A stretch of DNA of 48,488 nt from Novosphingobium sp. UBA1948 (GTDB taxonomy: Bacteria; Pseudomonadota; Alphaproteobacteria; Sphingomonadales; Sphingomonadaceae), in contig DDES01000200.1 in assembly GCA_002336765.1 (NCBI GenBank), positions 1 through 48,488 on the forward strand. The letters are read 5' to 3'. The stretch's first letter is position 1. Every line of letters starts with the position of its first letter. A program made the position numbers and the translations under genes. Shown one piece after another: positions 37,594 through 47,812 of the stretch. The notes under the pieces were generated by a model. The model was not told where the DNA came from, made no database searches, and saw only the letters and a list, made by a program, of their open reading frames with translations.

Positions 37594-38459
37594 AACGTGC
37601 CCCCGATACGGTGCCAGCGCGCGGCGGTGAACCATGTCCACGGTTTGATCCACGAGACCGAGCCATCGGTGGACCACATCATCACCGTGGCACGCCCCAC
37701 CAGATTGTCCTGCGGCACGAAACCGATGCCACCCTCGGCGGTGTCAAAGCGGCTGTCCATCGAATTGTCGCGGTCGTCGCCCATCATGAACAGCGTGCCT
37801 TCGGGCACCAGAACGGGCGCGGTGTTGTCCTGCGGGGTGGGTTCAAGGTCGAGCACGTTGTAGCTCTTACCATTGGGCAGCGTTTCGCGGAACTGCGGAT
37901 AATGGCAGACGCGCGTGCCATCGGCTTTGGCCACCTCGTAATTCACGCCAAGGCCATAGCGCGACTGGTAGCACGAGGTGTTGGGCGAGACGGCGATCTC
38001 GAAATCCTCGATCCGCACCTTGGGAACAGCCACGCCGTTGATGAACAACTGGCCGCCCTTCATCTGGATCGTGTCGCCCGGCAGGCCGATCACGCGCTTG
38101 ATCCAGTCGTCGCGGTTGGCGGGCGGGGCCTTGAAAATGGCGACCTCGCCGCGCGTGGGCTGGCTGGCGAAAATGCGCTTGGGCAGCAGCGGGGCGCTGA
38201 AAGGCAGCGAGTAGGACGAGTAGCCATAGGGCCATTTGGCCGCCAGCAAATAGTCGCCATTCACCAGCCTCGGCAGCATGGATTCGCTGGGGATGTTGAA
38301 CGGGCTGAAAAAGAAGCTGCGGAAAACGCCCACGATCAGGATCAGCTTCACCAGAAAGACGAAGAAATTCTCCTCCTCTTTGGGCTTTTTCTCTGCCCCG
38401 CCAGAGGCGGCACCGGCCCCGCCGGAGGCGGTATCGGCAGATGTGGTGGTGTCGGTCAT
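37590..38459 (-). CDS. lepB: Signal peptidase I
   Basis: PFNIPSESMLP (Ser), IKRVIGLPGD (Lys), GDDRDNSMDSR. Conserved lepB-rnc-era order. Confidence 0.96.
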   Translation of the reverse strand: MTDTTTSADTASGGAGAASGGAEKKPKEEENFFVFLVKLILIVGVFRSFFFSPFNIPSESMLPRLVNGDYLLAAKWPYGYSSYSLPFSAPLLPKRIFASQPTRGEVAIFKAPPANRDDWIKRVIGLPGDTIQMKGGQLFINGVAVPKVRIEDFEIAVSPNTSCYQSRYGLGVNYEVAKADGTRVCHYPQFRETLPNGKSYNVLDLEPTPQDNTAPVLVPEGTLFMMGDDRDNSMDSRFDTAEGGIGFVPQDNLVGRATVMMWSTDGSVSWIKPWTWFTAARWHRIGGTF

Positions 38460-38692
38460 GCGGGTCGGTTTCCTTGGGCGCTCATTTCCAAGCCCTGATG
38501 GCGGAAAGGCCTCGCGTCAAGCGGGTTTGCGCGATTGTTCCGCCACGGCGCATGGCGGGGCGGGCCTGAAGCGGCGATGAATGGTCGGGAAAACCTATTC
38601 ACGCGAAAATGGTCGGGCCTTGCTGCACTGCACCCTTGGCCTGAGGCGCGGGGCAGGGCATAGGAGGAGGCGAAATTTTTCGGGAGGCACAG

Positions 38693-40210
38693 GTGGCGAG
38701 TAATTCCAAGGCACAGTGGGACCAGCTCAAGGCGCTGCCCAAGCCTACGCTGGCGGAGCTTTTTGCCGCCGATCCTGCCCGCCTCGACAAGCTGTCGACC
38801 AAATTCGACCTTGCCGAAGGCTATATCCGTTTCGACTGGTCGAAAACCCATCTGGACGATGCCCATATCTCCGGTTTCGAAGCGCTGGCGCAGGCGATGG
38901 ATTTCGCCGGCCGCCGCATGGCACTGCTCTCGGGCGAGAAGATCAACGTGACCGAGGGGCGCTCGGCCGAGCATACCGCCCAGCGCGGTATCGGCAAGGA
39001 TACCAGCGTCGAGGAGGCCCACGCCCTGCACCAGCGCATGGCCTCGCTGGTGGCCGCGATCCACGAGGGCGCGCTGGGCCAGGTGAAGCATCTGATCCAT
39101 ATCGGCATCGGCGGTTCGGCGCTTGGCCCCGCGCTGGCGATTGACGCGCTGGCGCGCGAGGAGGCCTTGGTGCAGGTGCATGTCGTCGCCAATATCGACG
39201 GTTGCGCGCTGGAAGCGGCCTTTGCCAAGGCCGACCCCGCCACCACCATGATCGCGGTGGCGTCCAAAACCTTCACCACCATCGAAACCATGACCAACGC
39301 CGCCTCGGCGCTCCACTGGCTGAGCGAGAACGGGGTGGAAGACCCCTATGGCCGCGTGGTTGCGCTGACCGCCGCGCCCGAAAAGGCCGTGGAATGGGGT
39401 GTGGACGAGACGCGCGTGCTGCCTTTCCCCGAATGCGTGGGCGGACGCTATTCACTGTGGTCGTCCATCGGTTTTCCGGTGGCGCTGGCGCTGGGTTTTC
39501 AGGGCTTTGCCGAATTTCTCGACGGCGCGGCGCGCATCGACGAGCATTTTGCCAACACCGATGGCGCGGCCAACCTGCCGTTGCGCGCGGCCTTTGCCGA
39601 CCAGTATTACACCCGCCTGCTGGGCTGCCAGAGCCGCGCCTGTTTCGCCTATGACGAGCGCCTCGCGCTGCTGCCCTTCTATCTCCAGCAATTGGAAATG
39701 GAATCGAACGGCAAGAGCGTGACCTTCACCGGCGAGCCGGTCGATGGCCCGACCGCGCCGATCACCTGGGGCGGGGTGGGCACCGATGCGCAGCATGCCG
39801 TGTTCCAACTGCTGCATCAGGGCACGTTGCAGGTGCCGGTCGATTTCATCGCCTGCATCACGCCGGGCGACGCGCTCGATCCCGCGCATCACCGCATCCT
39901 GCTGATGAACTGTTTTGCGCAAGGCGCGGCGCTGATGGCGGGCAAGCCGAGCAGCGATCCGGCGCGCGCCTATGCCGGCAACCGCCCCTCGGCCACGATG
40001 CTGGTGGATGATCTGACCCCTGCGGCGCTGGGCGCCCTGATCGCCTTCCACGAGCATCGCACCTTTGCCAATGCCGTGCTGCTGGGGATCAACCCGTTTG
40101 ACCAGTTCGGCGTGGAACTGGGCAAGGAAATCGCCAAGAGCATCGAAAAGGGCGGCGCCACGTTTGACGCCAGCACCACCGCGCTGCTGGTCGAGGCGGG
40201 GCTGGCGTAA
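38693..40210 (+). CDS. pgi: Glucose-6-phosphate isomerase
   Basis: IGIGGSALGP, ASKTFTT, VGGRYSLWS, QQLEMESNGK and FDQFGVELGK. Confidence 0.97.
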   Translation: MASNSKAQWDQLKALPKPTLAELFAADPARLDKLSTKFDLAEGYIRFDWSKTHLDDAHISGFEALAQAMDFAGRRMALLSGEKINVTEGRSAEHTAQRGIGKDTSVEEAHALHQRMASLVAAIHEGALGQVKHLIHIGIGGSALGPALAIDALAREEALVQVHVVANIDGCALEAAFAKADPATTMIAVASKTFTTIETMTNAASALHWLSENGVEDPYGRVVALTAAPEKAVEWGVDETRVLPFPECVGGRYSLWSSIGFPVALALGFQGFAEFLDGAARIDEHFANTDGAANLPLRAAFADQYYTRLLGCQSRACFAYDERLALLPFYLQQLEMESNGKSVTFTGEPVDGPTAPITWGGVGTDAQHAVFQLLHQGTLQVPVDFIACITPGDALDPAHHRILLMNCFAQGAALMAGKPSSDPARAYAGNRPSATMLVDDLTPAALGALIAFHEHRTFANAVLLGINPFDQFGVELGKEIAKSIEKGGATFDASTTALLVEAGLA

Positions 40211-40349
40211 GCGCCCTGCACCTTTAGGTCTGCCGCTCGCGATCTGTCCAAAATTGCTGGGTTCCGCCGGAATTTCCTCGATTCTGGCGGCACTTGCCTT
40301 GCCTTTGTGCAGCGCAACAGGTTAGCCTCGATGCCACGCATCAAGGGGC

Positions 40350-42341
40350 TTGGCTGTGCGTTGGACGAAACGGATTCGGATCTGGGCTGTGGCGGGGGTG
40401 ATGGCGGCGCAGACCGCTGGCGCCCTTCCGGCGGCTACACCCGCCAGCGATTACGCCGCGATCCCCTTTGTCTCCAGTGCCAAAATTTCACCCGATGGCC
40501 AATGGATCGCCGGCATTTTCGGCGTCAATGGCCAGCGGCAGGTCTGCATGATTTCGCTGTTCCTGACACCGGTCAAGCAGGTCTGCAACCCGGTGCCCGA
40601 TCTGGTCGATGTGTTTGGCGTGGAATGGGTGGGCGATCACAATATCATCGCCCATTCACGCCAACTGCTTGTTATGGGTGACTCGTTGGCGACGGGGCCG
40701 AGTTTTTCCGTTGGGCGTCTGATCGCCACCAATCGCGAGACGGGCAAAATGACCCCCTTGCTGGGTGGCAAGGGTGGGCAATACACCGATTCTGTCCTGT
40801 GGCGCGCGCGCGACGGCTCGCCTGAAATTCTGCTGGGTGCCCAATACGGTATGTCGGACATGACCGATGTGTGGCCCCGCGTCTTTCGCGTCAACGTCGA
40901 GAATGGCGAGCATAAGCTGGTGAGCGAGGCGCGCCACGAGGTTATGGAGTGGCTGGTCGATGGGCAGGGGCGGCTGAGGGCGGGCTATTCCAAGTCGACC
41001 GAACGCCTTGCTTATGGTTTGCTCTATCGCGGCGAGCGGGGCGGCGAATTCGACAAGATCGCTCATCTCGACAAAAACGAACGTACTCCGATACCGGTTA
41101 TCGAAGCCTTTGTCCCCGGTGGCGACCATGTGCTGGCCGTGCACCGTGATGGCGAGGGGATCAGCGGGCTATACGAGATCGACATCCGCACCCGCGAGGA
41201 CATCAAGCGGCTCTATGCCGCGCCCAAGGGCAGCTGGATTGCCGATACGATTGTAGCTGATGACAAGGCCAGCGTGATCGGCGTCGAACTGGAGGGCGAG
41301 GCAGCGGGCAGGGTCTGGCTCGATCCGGTGCTGGCCGAGGTGCAGGGCGATCTGGACAAGGCGATGGCGGGCAAAAGGGTGACGATCCTCAGCCTCAACG
41401 CCACGCGCGAGCAGATGCTGGTGAAAGTGGACCGACCCGATTCGCCCGGTGCGCTCTATTACTACAACATTCCCGATGGCCGGTTGATGCGTATCGCCTA
41501 CTACAACGAGGCGCTCAAAACCGAGCCGCAAAACCCTGCGCGGCTGGTGCACTACAAGGCGCGCGACGGGCTGGAGATCGAGGCGGTGCTGACGCTGCCG
41601 AAAGGGCGCGAGGCGAAAGGCCTGCCCGTGGTGGTAATGCCGCATGGCGGGCCGTGGGCACAGGATACGCTCGATTTCGACTATTGGGCGCAGTTTGTCG
41701 CCAGCCTCGGTTATGCGGTGATCCAGCCCAATTTTCGTGGCTCGACCGGCTATGGCTATGATTTCGAGCACAAGGGCGATGGCCAGATGGGGCTGGCGAT
41801 GCAGGACGATCTCAACGACGCGCTGGCGTGGCTGGGTGCTGAGGGGATTGGCGATGTCAAACGCGCCTGTATCATGGGCGGCTCCTATGGCGGCTATGCC
41901 ACCATGTGGGGGCTGGCGCGCGATGCGGGCCTGTGGCGCTGCGGCATTTCCATCGCGGGGGTCGCCAATATCCGGCGCGAGGTCAACGATATGGGCGAGG
42001 GCAATATCTATGGCCGCATCAACAGCGCGCGCTGGGCGACGATGACGCCCGACTTTGCCGCGGTCTCGCCGATCAACGCGGTGGGCCGCATCACCGCGCC
42101 GCTGCTCCTGCTGCATGGCGGGCGCGACATCACCGTGAAATACGAGCAGAGCGTCGAGATGTACGGGCGCATGAAGGCGGCGAAGAAACCGGTGGAACTG
42201 ATCAGTCTGCCCCATGCCGACCACCACTTTAGCCGCGCGGCCGACCGGCTCGAACTGTTGCAACGGATCGAGGGCTTTCTACGCCAACACAACCCGCCCG
42301 ACGCGCAGATCGCGTCAGGCGCCAAGGAGAAAGGGCAATGA
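40350..42341 (+). CDS. S9 (prolyl oligopeptidase / acylaminoacyl-peptidase) family serine peptidase, copy 1, secreted
   Basis: Signal peptide, propeller-like N-terminus, PHGGPW, NFRGSTGYG, GGSYGG, D-ITV and ADH triad. Start may be GTG 40356. Confidence 0.9.
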   Translation: MAVRWTKRIRIWAVAGVMAAQTAGALPAATPASDYAAIPFVSSAKISPDGQWIAGIFGVNGQRQVCMISLFLTPVKQVCNPVPDLVDVFGVEWVGDHNIIAHSRQLLVMGDSLATGPSFSVGRLIATNRETGKMTPLLGGKGGQYTDSVLWRARDGSPEILLGAQYGMSDMTDVWPRVFRVNVENGEHKLVSEARHEVMEWLVDGQGRLRAGYSKSTERLAYGLLYRGERGGEFDKIAHLDKNERTPIPVIEAFVPGGDHVLAVHRDGEGISGLYEIDIRTREDIKRLYAAPKGSWIADTIVADDKASVIGVELEGEAAGRVWLDPVLAEVQGDLDKAMAGKRVTILSLNATREQMLVKVDRPDSPGALYYYNIPDGRLMRIAYYNEALKTEPQNPARLVHYKARDGLEIEAVLTLPKGREAKGLPVVVMPHGGPWAQDTLDFDYWAQFVASLGYAVIQPNFRGSTGYGYDFEHKGDGQMGLAMQDDLNDALAWLGAEGIGDVKRACIMGGSYGGYATMWGLARDAGLWRCGISIAGVANIRREVNDMGEGNIYGRINSARWATMTPDFAAVSPINAVGRITAPLLLLHGGRDITVKYEQSVEMYGRMKAAKKPVELISLPHADHHFSRAADRLELLQRIEGFLRQHNPPDAQIASGAKEKGQ

Positions 42342-42346
42342 TGCGC
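42322..42346 (+). repeat. 25-bp direct repeat copy 1 (CCAAGGAGAAAGGGCAATGATGCGC) at the peptidase 1/2 junction
   Basis: Identical to 44340-44364. Confidence 0.9.
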
Positions 42347-44359
42347 GGGATTGTGATGGCGATGGCCATGTTGGCAGCGGGTCTGCCCTCAACGTCACAA
42401 GCTGAGGAGGCCAAGGCGCAGCCGGTTCTTCAGCAGGGCGCACGGCCCGATGCGGCCAAGTTTGCGACATTGCCGTTTGTGGAGCGTGCGGTGATGTCGC
42501 CCGACGGGCAGTGGATCGGCGGCTTGTTCGCGGTGGGCGGGCAGCGCCGGATCTGCATCATCTCGATTTTTGGCGCAGCGTCGCCGCGCTGTGTGGCCGT
42601 GCCGGAAATGACCGAACCCGGCGGATTGGAATGGGTCAACGATGACAACCTGCTGATCCATGTTACCCAGCTTATCCCGGTCGAGGCCGATCGCTGGTAT
42701 GTCCATCGTGTCATCAATTTCAACCGGGTGTCGGGCAAGATCACGCGCCTGTTGTGGGACGCCAAAGGCCAGACTGCCGACGATGTCTTGTGGACGGCGC
42801 GCGACGGCAGTCCGATGGCGCTGATCGCGGCGCAGGACTCCATCTATCTGGGTGAGGATTTCTGGCCCACGGTCTATCGCGTCAACGTCGAGACCGGCGT
42901 GAAGAGCCGCGCGCTCAAGGGCTATGAGGACGTAATGCACTGGGAGGCCGACGCCGAGGGCGAGGTGCGGCTGGGCTATGGCTACAGTGATGCGCATCGC
43001 ACGTCGCGCTTGCTTTATCGCGCCAACCGCAACGATCTATTCCGCGTTATCGACCGCGCCGATGATCGCAAGCGTGAGGATCTGATCCAGCCGGTCGGCT
43101 TTGGTTCGGCTCCCGACAGCGTTCTGGTGATCCGCAACGACGAGGACAAGCGCTCGAGCCTGTTCGATTATGATCTGCGGGCACAGAAGGACTTGCGCAA
43201 ACTCTGGACCGCCCCCGAAGGAAGCTGGATCGCCAGCGTCATTATGGCGGAAGATGGCAAGACCGTGCTGGGCGTGCGGCTGGCGGGCAAACAGCGCGAG
43301 CGCGTGTGGCTCGATCCTGCGCTGGCCGAATTGCAGGCGGCTTTTGCCAAGTCGGTGCCGGAAAGCCGCGTTTCGATCACCAGTTTCAGCCGCGACCGCC
43401 AGCGCATGCTGGTGCAGATCGATCGCGCCGATACGCCCGGCGCAATCTACTTCTTCGATCAGGCAGGCTCCTCGCTCCAGCGCATTTCCTATATCTCGGA
43501 GGAATTGCATAGCACGCCGCTCAATCCGGTCAGCGCTGTCACCTATAAGGCGCGCGACGGACTGGAGATCGAGGCGATCCTGACTCTGCCCAAAGATTAT
43601 GAGCCTAAGGATTACGGGCCGAAAGGGCGCGAGGCGAAGAAACTGCCGGTGGTGGTGATGCCGCATGGCGGCCCGTGGGCGCAGGATACGCTGGACTATG
43701 ACTATTGGGCGCAATTTGTGGCCGGTCTTGGCTATGCCGTGATCCAGCCCAATTTTCGCGGCTCAACCGGTTATGGCGAGGCTTTCGAGCGCAAGGGTGA
43801 GGGCCAGATGGGCCTTGCCATGCAGGATGATTTGAATGACGCGCTGAAATATCTGGTGGATCAGGGGATCGGCGATGGCGCAAGGGCCTGTATCGTCGGG
43901 GCCTCCTATGGCGGCTATGCTACCATGTGGGGATTGGCGCGCGATGCCGGCCTGTGGCGCTGCGGCATTTCGATTTCCGGCGTGGCCAGCGTCCGGCGCG
44001 AAGTCAACGATATGAGCGACAGTCTGACCGGCAATGCCAACCGCGCCGCATGGACGCGCATGACGCCCGATTTCTCGGCTGTCTCTCCCCTCAATTTTGT
44101 TGACCGGATCAAGGCGCCGCTGTTGCTGGTGCATGGCAAGATGGATGTGACGGTCGATCACAGCCAGTCAGCATCGATGGCGAGCCGCATGAAAGCGGCA
44201 GGGAAACCTTACGAGTTCGTCTCGCTGCCCAAGGCGGACCATTATTTCACGCGCGAGGCGGATCGGCTGGCGCTGCTTCAGGCGATGGAAGCCTTCCTCA
44301 AGAAGTACAATCCGCCCGACGCTGTCGGGGAAGCTTTGACCAAGGAGAAAGGGCAATGA
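42338..44359 (+). CDS. S9 family serine peptidase, copy 2
   Basis: Signal peptide, PHGGPW, GASYGG, D-VTV, ADH. ATGA overlap with copy 1. Confidence 0.92.
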   Translation: MMRGIVMAMAMLAAGLPSTSQAEEAKAQPVLQQGARPDAAKFATLPFVERAVMSPDGQWIGGLFAVGGQRRICIISIFGAASPRCVAVPEMTEPGGLEWVNDDNLLIHVTQLIPVEADRWYVHRVINFNRVSGKITRLLWDAKGQTADDVLWTARDGSPMALIAAQDSIYLGEDFWPTVYRVNVETGVKSRALKGYEDVMHWEADAEGEVRLGYGYSDAHRTSRLLYRANRNDLFRVIDRADDRKREDLIQPVGFGSAPDSVLVIRNDEDKRSSLFDYDLRAQKDLRKLWTAPEGSWIASVIMAEDGKTVLGVRLAGKQRERVWLDPALAELQAAFAKSVPESRVSITSFSRDRQRMLVQIDRADTPGAIYFFDQAGSSLQRISYISEELHSTPLNPVSAVTYKARDGLEIEAILTLPKDYEPKDYGPKGREAKKLPVVVMPHGGPWAQDTLDYDYWAQFVAGLGYAVIQPNFRGSTGYGEAFERKGEGQMGLAMQDDLNDALKYLVDQGIGDGARACIVGASYGGYATMWGLARDAGLWRCGISISGVASVRREVNDMSDSLTGNANRAAWTRMTPDFSAVSPLNFVDRIKAPLLLVHGKMDVTVDHSQSASMASRMKAAGKPYEFVSLPKADHYFTREADRLALLQAMEAFLKKYNPPDAVGEALTKEKGQ

Positions 44360-44364
44360 TGCGC
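44340..44364 (+). repeat. 25-bp direct repeat copy 2 at the peptidase 2/3 junction
   Basis: Identical to 42322-42346. Confidence 0.9.
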
Positions 44365-46332
44365 TGGATTGCAAGGACACTGGCGATCTCGGCGGCAATG
44401 ATGGCGTCGGGCATAGCCGCGCCGCTCAAGGCCCAGACGGCGGCGGATTATGCCGCCATTCCCTTCGTCGAAAAACCGGCCCTGTCACCCGATGGCCAAT
44501 GGCTCGCAGGCCTGTTCGGCATTGGTGGCGGGCGGCAGATTTGCCTTATCAACCTGTTTGGCTCGCTCAAGGATCGCCAATGCGTTGGCGTGCCCGACAT
44601 GATGGATGTCAACCGGCTGGCATGGGCGGGCAATGACGATGTCACCGTCTCGGTGCGTTCGGTCACCGATTTCTATGGCCAGACCTTTTATGTCACACGC
44701 CTGTTTGCGGTGAACCGCAAGAGCGGCAATTTCACCAAGATCATGTGGGATGCGAACGGACAGAACGCTTCGGATGTGGTGTGGCGCTCCAAGGATGGCA
44801 GCCCGACGATCCTGTTGGCGGCACAGACTGCCTTTCTGAAGCAGCAGACCGTTGACCGTTTCCGCACCGCCGAAAACGGGTTCTGGCCAGCCATTTACAA
44901 GGTCGATGTATCGACCGGCAAGGCGGTCAAGGTCCAGAACGGTCTGGAGAATGTGTTCGACTGGCGCGCCGATGCTGCGGGCAATGTCCGTATGGGGGTC
45001 GAATACAGCGACAGCGACCGCTTTTTCCATCTGCTCTATCGTAGCGAGAAGGGCGAGTTCCTGCACCGGATCGAGAAGGCCAACGGACGCAAACGCGAGG
45101 AGGTAAGCGATCCGGAAATCTTCATCCCCGGCGGCGACCACGCGATCGTCATCCGCAACAAGGAGGGGACCGAGCCTTCCGCACTGTGGGAGGTCGATCT
45201 GGCCACCCATACCGACATCGCCAAGATCTACACCGCGCCGGCGGGCGCCCGCATCTCGGGCACTACTGTATCGGGCGACGGTAAATCGATTCTCGGCGTC
45301 TGGCTGGAGGGGGCGGGTCAAGGGACCGTCTGGCTCGATCCTGATCTGGCGGCGCTGCAAAGCTCGTTTGACAAGGCAGTGGGGGAGCGGCGGGTCCATA
45401 TCCTCTCGATGAGTTCAGACCGGCAGAAGTTGCTGGTGAAGATCGACCGGGCCGACACGCCCGGCTCGCTATACTATTACGATACGGCGGGCGGGGTGCT
45501 CAACCGCATTGCCTATGGCTATGATAAGCTGGCCGACAAACCGCTCAATCCGGTGCGAACGCTGCACTACAAGGCGCGCGACGGACTGGAGATCGAGGCG
45601 ATCCTGACCCTGCCCGGGAATTTAGGGCCCAAGGGGCGCGAGGGGAGGAAACTTCCGGTGATCGTCATGCCCCATGGCGGACCGTGGGCACAGGATATGC
45701 CCGATTTCAACTATCAGGCGCAATTTCTGGCGGGTCTTGGTTATGCCGTGATCCAGCCCAATTTCCGCGGATCGACCGGCTATGGCGAGGCATTCGAACG
45801 CAAGGGCGATGGCCAGATGGGCCTTGCCATGCAGGACGACCTTAACGACGCGCTGAAATATCTGACCAGCGAGGGAATTGTCGATCCCGCGCGGGCCTGC
45901 ATCGTAGGCGCTTCCTATGGCGGCTATGCCGCGATGTGGGGGGTGGCGCGCGATGCGGGTCTGTGGCGCTGTGGCATCTCCGTTTCGGGCGTGGCCAGCC
46001 TGCGGCGCGAGGTCAACGACATGGATGATTATGTCAACAGCGGCACGTATCAGGATCACTGGAGGAGCATGACACCCGATTTTGGCGCTGTCTCGCCGAT
46101 CAACGCGGTGGACCGGATCAAGGCACCGCTGTTGCTGGTGCATGGCAAGATGGATGTCACGGTCGATCACAGCCAGTCGGCTTCGATGGCCTCCAAGCTG
46201 AAGTCGGCAGGCAAGACCTACGAGTTCGTCTCGCTGCCCAAGGCGGACCATTATTTCACGCGCGAGGCGGACCGGCTGGCGCTGCTTCAGGCGATGGAGG
46301 CTTTCCTGAAGAAGCACAATCCGCCGGACTGA
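44356..46332 (+). CDS. S9 family serine peptidase, copy 3
   Basis: Signal peptide, PHGGPW, GASYGG, D-VTV, ADH. ATGA overlap with copy 2. Confidence 0.92.
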   Translation: MMRWIARTLAISAAMMASGIAAPLKAQTAADYAAIPFVEKPALSPDGQWLAGLFGIGGGRQICLINLFGSLKDRQCVGVPDMMDVNRLAWAGNDDVTVSVRSVTDFYGQTFYVTRLFAVNRKSGNFTKIMWDANGQNASDVVWRSKDGSPTILLAAQTAFLKQQTVDRFRTAENGFWPAIYKVDVSTGKAVKVQNGLENVFDWRADAAGNVRMGVEYSDSDRFFHLLYRSEKGEFLHRIEKANGRKREEVSDPEIFIPGGDHAIVIRNKEGTEPSALWEVDLATHTDIAKIYTAPAGARISGTTVSGDGKSILGVWLEGAGQGTVWLDPDLAALQSSFDKAVGERRVHILSMSSDRQKLLVKIDRADTPGSLYYYDTAGGVLNRIAYGYDKLADKPLNPVRTLHYKARDGLEIEAILTLPGNLGPKGREGRKLPVIVMPHGGPWAQDMPDFNYQAQFLAGLGYAVIQPNFRGSTGYGEAFERKGDGQMGLAMQDDLNDALKYLTSEGIVDPARACIVGASYGGYAAMWGVARDAGLWRCGISVSGVASLRREVNDMDDYVNSGTYQDHWRSMTPDFGAVSPINAVDRIKAPLLLVHGKMDVTVDHSQSASMASKLKSAGKTYEFVSLPKADHYFTREADRLALLQAMEAFLKKHNPPD

Positions 46333-46425
46333 GAAAAGCCTGAATGAGAAAACTTGGCGCTCCCGCGCTTGGCAAGCTGCAGGGGCGTGGCCATATGCTG
46401 GTTGTGCAATCAAGAGGAACCGGCC

Positions 46426-47775
46426 ATGGCGGATTTTGACTACGACCTTTTCGTGATCGGCGCGGGCAGCGGCGGCGTGCGCGCCAGCCGTATCGCCGCC
46501 AGCCATGGCGCGAAAGTGGCGGTGGCCGAGGAGTTCCGCGTCGGCGGCACCTGCGTTATCCGTGGCTGCGTGCCCAAGAAGCTGCTGGTTTACGCCAGCC
46601 AGTTTGCCGAGGAACTGCATGACACGGCCAAGCTGGGCTGGACGCTGGGCGAGAAGCGCTTTGACTGGGCGGCTTTGCGTGATTTCGTGGCCAGCGATGT
46701 GGACCGGCTGGAGCGCGCCTATACCTCGACGCTCGACAACAACAAGGTCGAGCATTTCCACGAGCGCGCCACGGTGGCGGGGCCCAACACGGTGCGGCTG
46801 GCCTCGGGCCGCGAGATCAGCGCCAAATTCATCCTGATCGCGGTGGGCGCATGGCCGGTGATGCCCGATTTCGCGGGCAACGAACATGCCATCACCAGCA
46901 ACGAGGTGTTCGGTCTGGCCGAGTTTCCCAAGCGGGTGGTGATTCAGGGCGCGGGCTATATCGCGCTGGAATTTGCCGGTATCTTCAATGCGCTGGGGGC
47001 GCAGGTGACGGTGGTCAACCGTTCGGACAAGATCCTGCGTGGCTATGAGGAAGCCTTGACCGAGCGTCTGCTGGTGATGGCGCGGGCGCGGGGGATCGAG
47101 TTCCGCTTCAACAGCCGCCCGATTGAAAGCATCGTCAAACAGGCGGACGGCTCGCTTTGTGTCAACACCAAGGGCTTTCTGCCGCTGGAGGCCGATTGCG
47201 TGCTGGTCGCCACAGGGCGCCAGCCCAAGACCGACGGGCTGGGGCTTGAAAATGCGGGCATTGCGCTGGGCGCCAAGGGCGAGGTGCCGGTGGATGCCTA
47301 CAACGCCACCTCGTGCCCCTCGATCTATGCCGTGGGCGATGTGACCGACCGCGTGCAACTGACGCCGGTGGCCATCCGCGAGGGCCATGCCTTTGCCGAC
47401 ACCGTGTTTGGCGGCAAGCCGCGCACCATCCACTATGACGCGATCCCCAGCGCGGTGTTCAGCCAGCCGCCGCTGGCGGGCGTGGGCCTGACCGAGGCGC
47501 AGGCCCACGCGGCGGGCCATGCGGTGAAGATTTTTACCAGCGATTTCCGTCCGATGAAGAACATGTTCCACGCGCGGGCCGAGCGCGGCTTCTACAAACT
47601 GGTGGTGGACGAGGCCACCGACCGCGTGTTGGGGGTGCATATGATCGGGCCGGATGCGCCCGAAATCCTGCAGGCGGTGGCCATTGCGGTGAAGGCGGGG
47701 CTGACCAAGGCCGATTTCGACGACACCGTGGCGCTGCATCCCAGCATGGCGGAGGAGCTTGTTTTGATGCGGTGA
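46426..47775 (+). CDS. gor: Glutathione-disulfide reductase
   Basis: GAGSGG, GGTCVIRGCVPKK redox disulfide, GAGYIA, LTPVAI and HPSMAEE. GAGGA RBS before ATG 46426. Confidence 0.96.
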   Translation: MADFDYDLFVIGAGSGGVRASRIAASHGAKVAVAEEFRVGGTCVIRGCVPKKLLVYASQFAEELHDTAKLGWTLGEKRFDWAALRDFVASDVDRLERAYTSTLDNNKVEHFHERATVAGPNTVRLASGREISAKFILIAVGAWPVMPDFAGNEHAITSNEVFGLAEFPKRVVIQGAGYIALEFAGIFNALGAQVTVVNRSDKILRGYEEALTERLLVMARARGIEFRFNSRPIESIVKQADGSLCVNTKGFLPLEADCVLVATGRQPKTDGLGLENAGIALGAKGEVPVDAYNATSCPSIYAVGDVTDRVQLTPVAIREGHAFADTVFGGKPRTIHYDAIPSAVFSQPPLAGVGLTEAQAHAAGHAVKIFTSDFRPMKNMFHARAERGFYKLVVDEATDRVLGVHMIGPDAPEILQAVAIAVKAGLTKADFDDTVALHPSMAEELVLMR

Positions 47776-47781
47776 TTCGGG

Positions 47782-47812
47782 GGAGGATGCGCAAGATTCT
47801 TACGCATCCTCC
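47782..47812. repeat. Intergenic inverted repeat after gor (terminator or REP-like)
   Basis: GGAGGATGCG-caagattctta-CGCATCCTCC, with possible outer pairing TCGGGG...CCCCGA. No adjacent T-tract. Confidence 0.55.

Noticed and set aside
40350-46332. Peptidase repeats as a DGR, CRISPR or integron-type array
   Set aside because: No reverse transcriptase, cas or integrase gene, no adenine-specific variation noticed, and no regularly spaced short repeats.
45622-47739. 705-aa minus-strand ORF
   Set aside because: Antisense shadow of peptidase 3 and gor.
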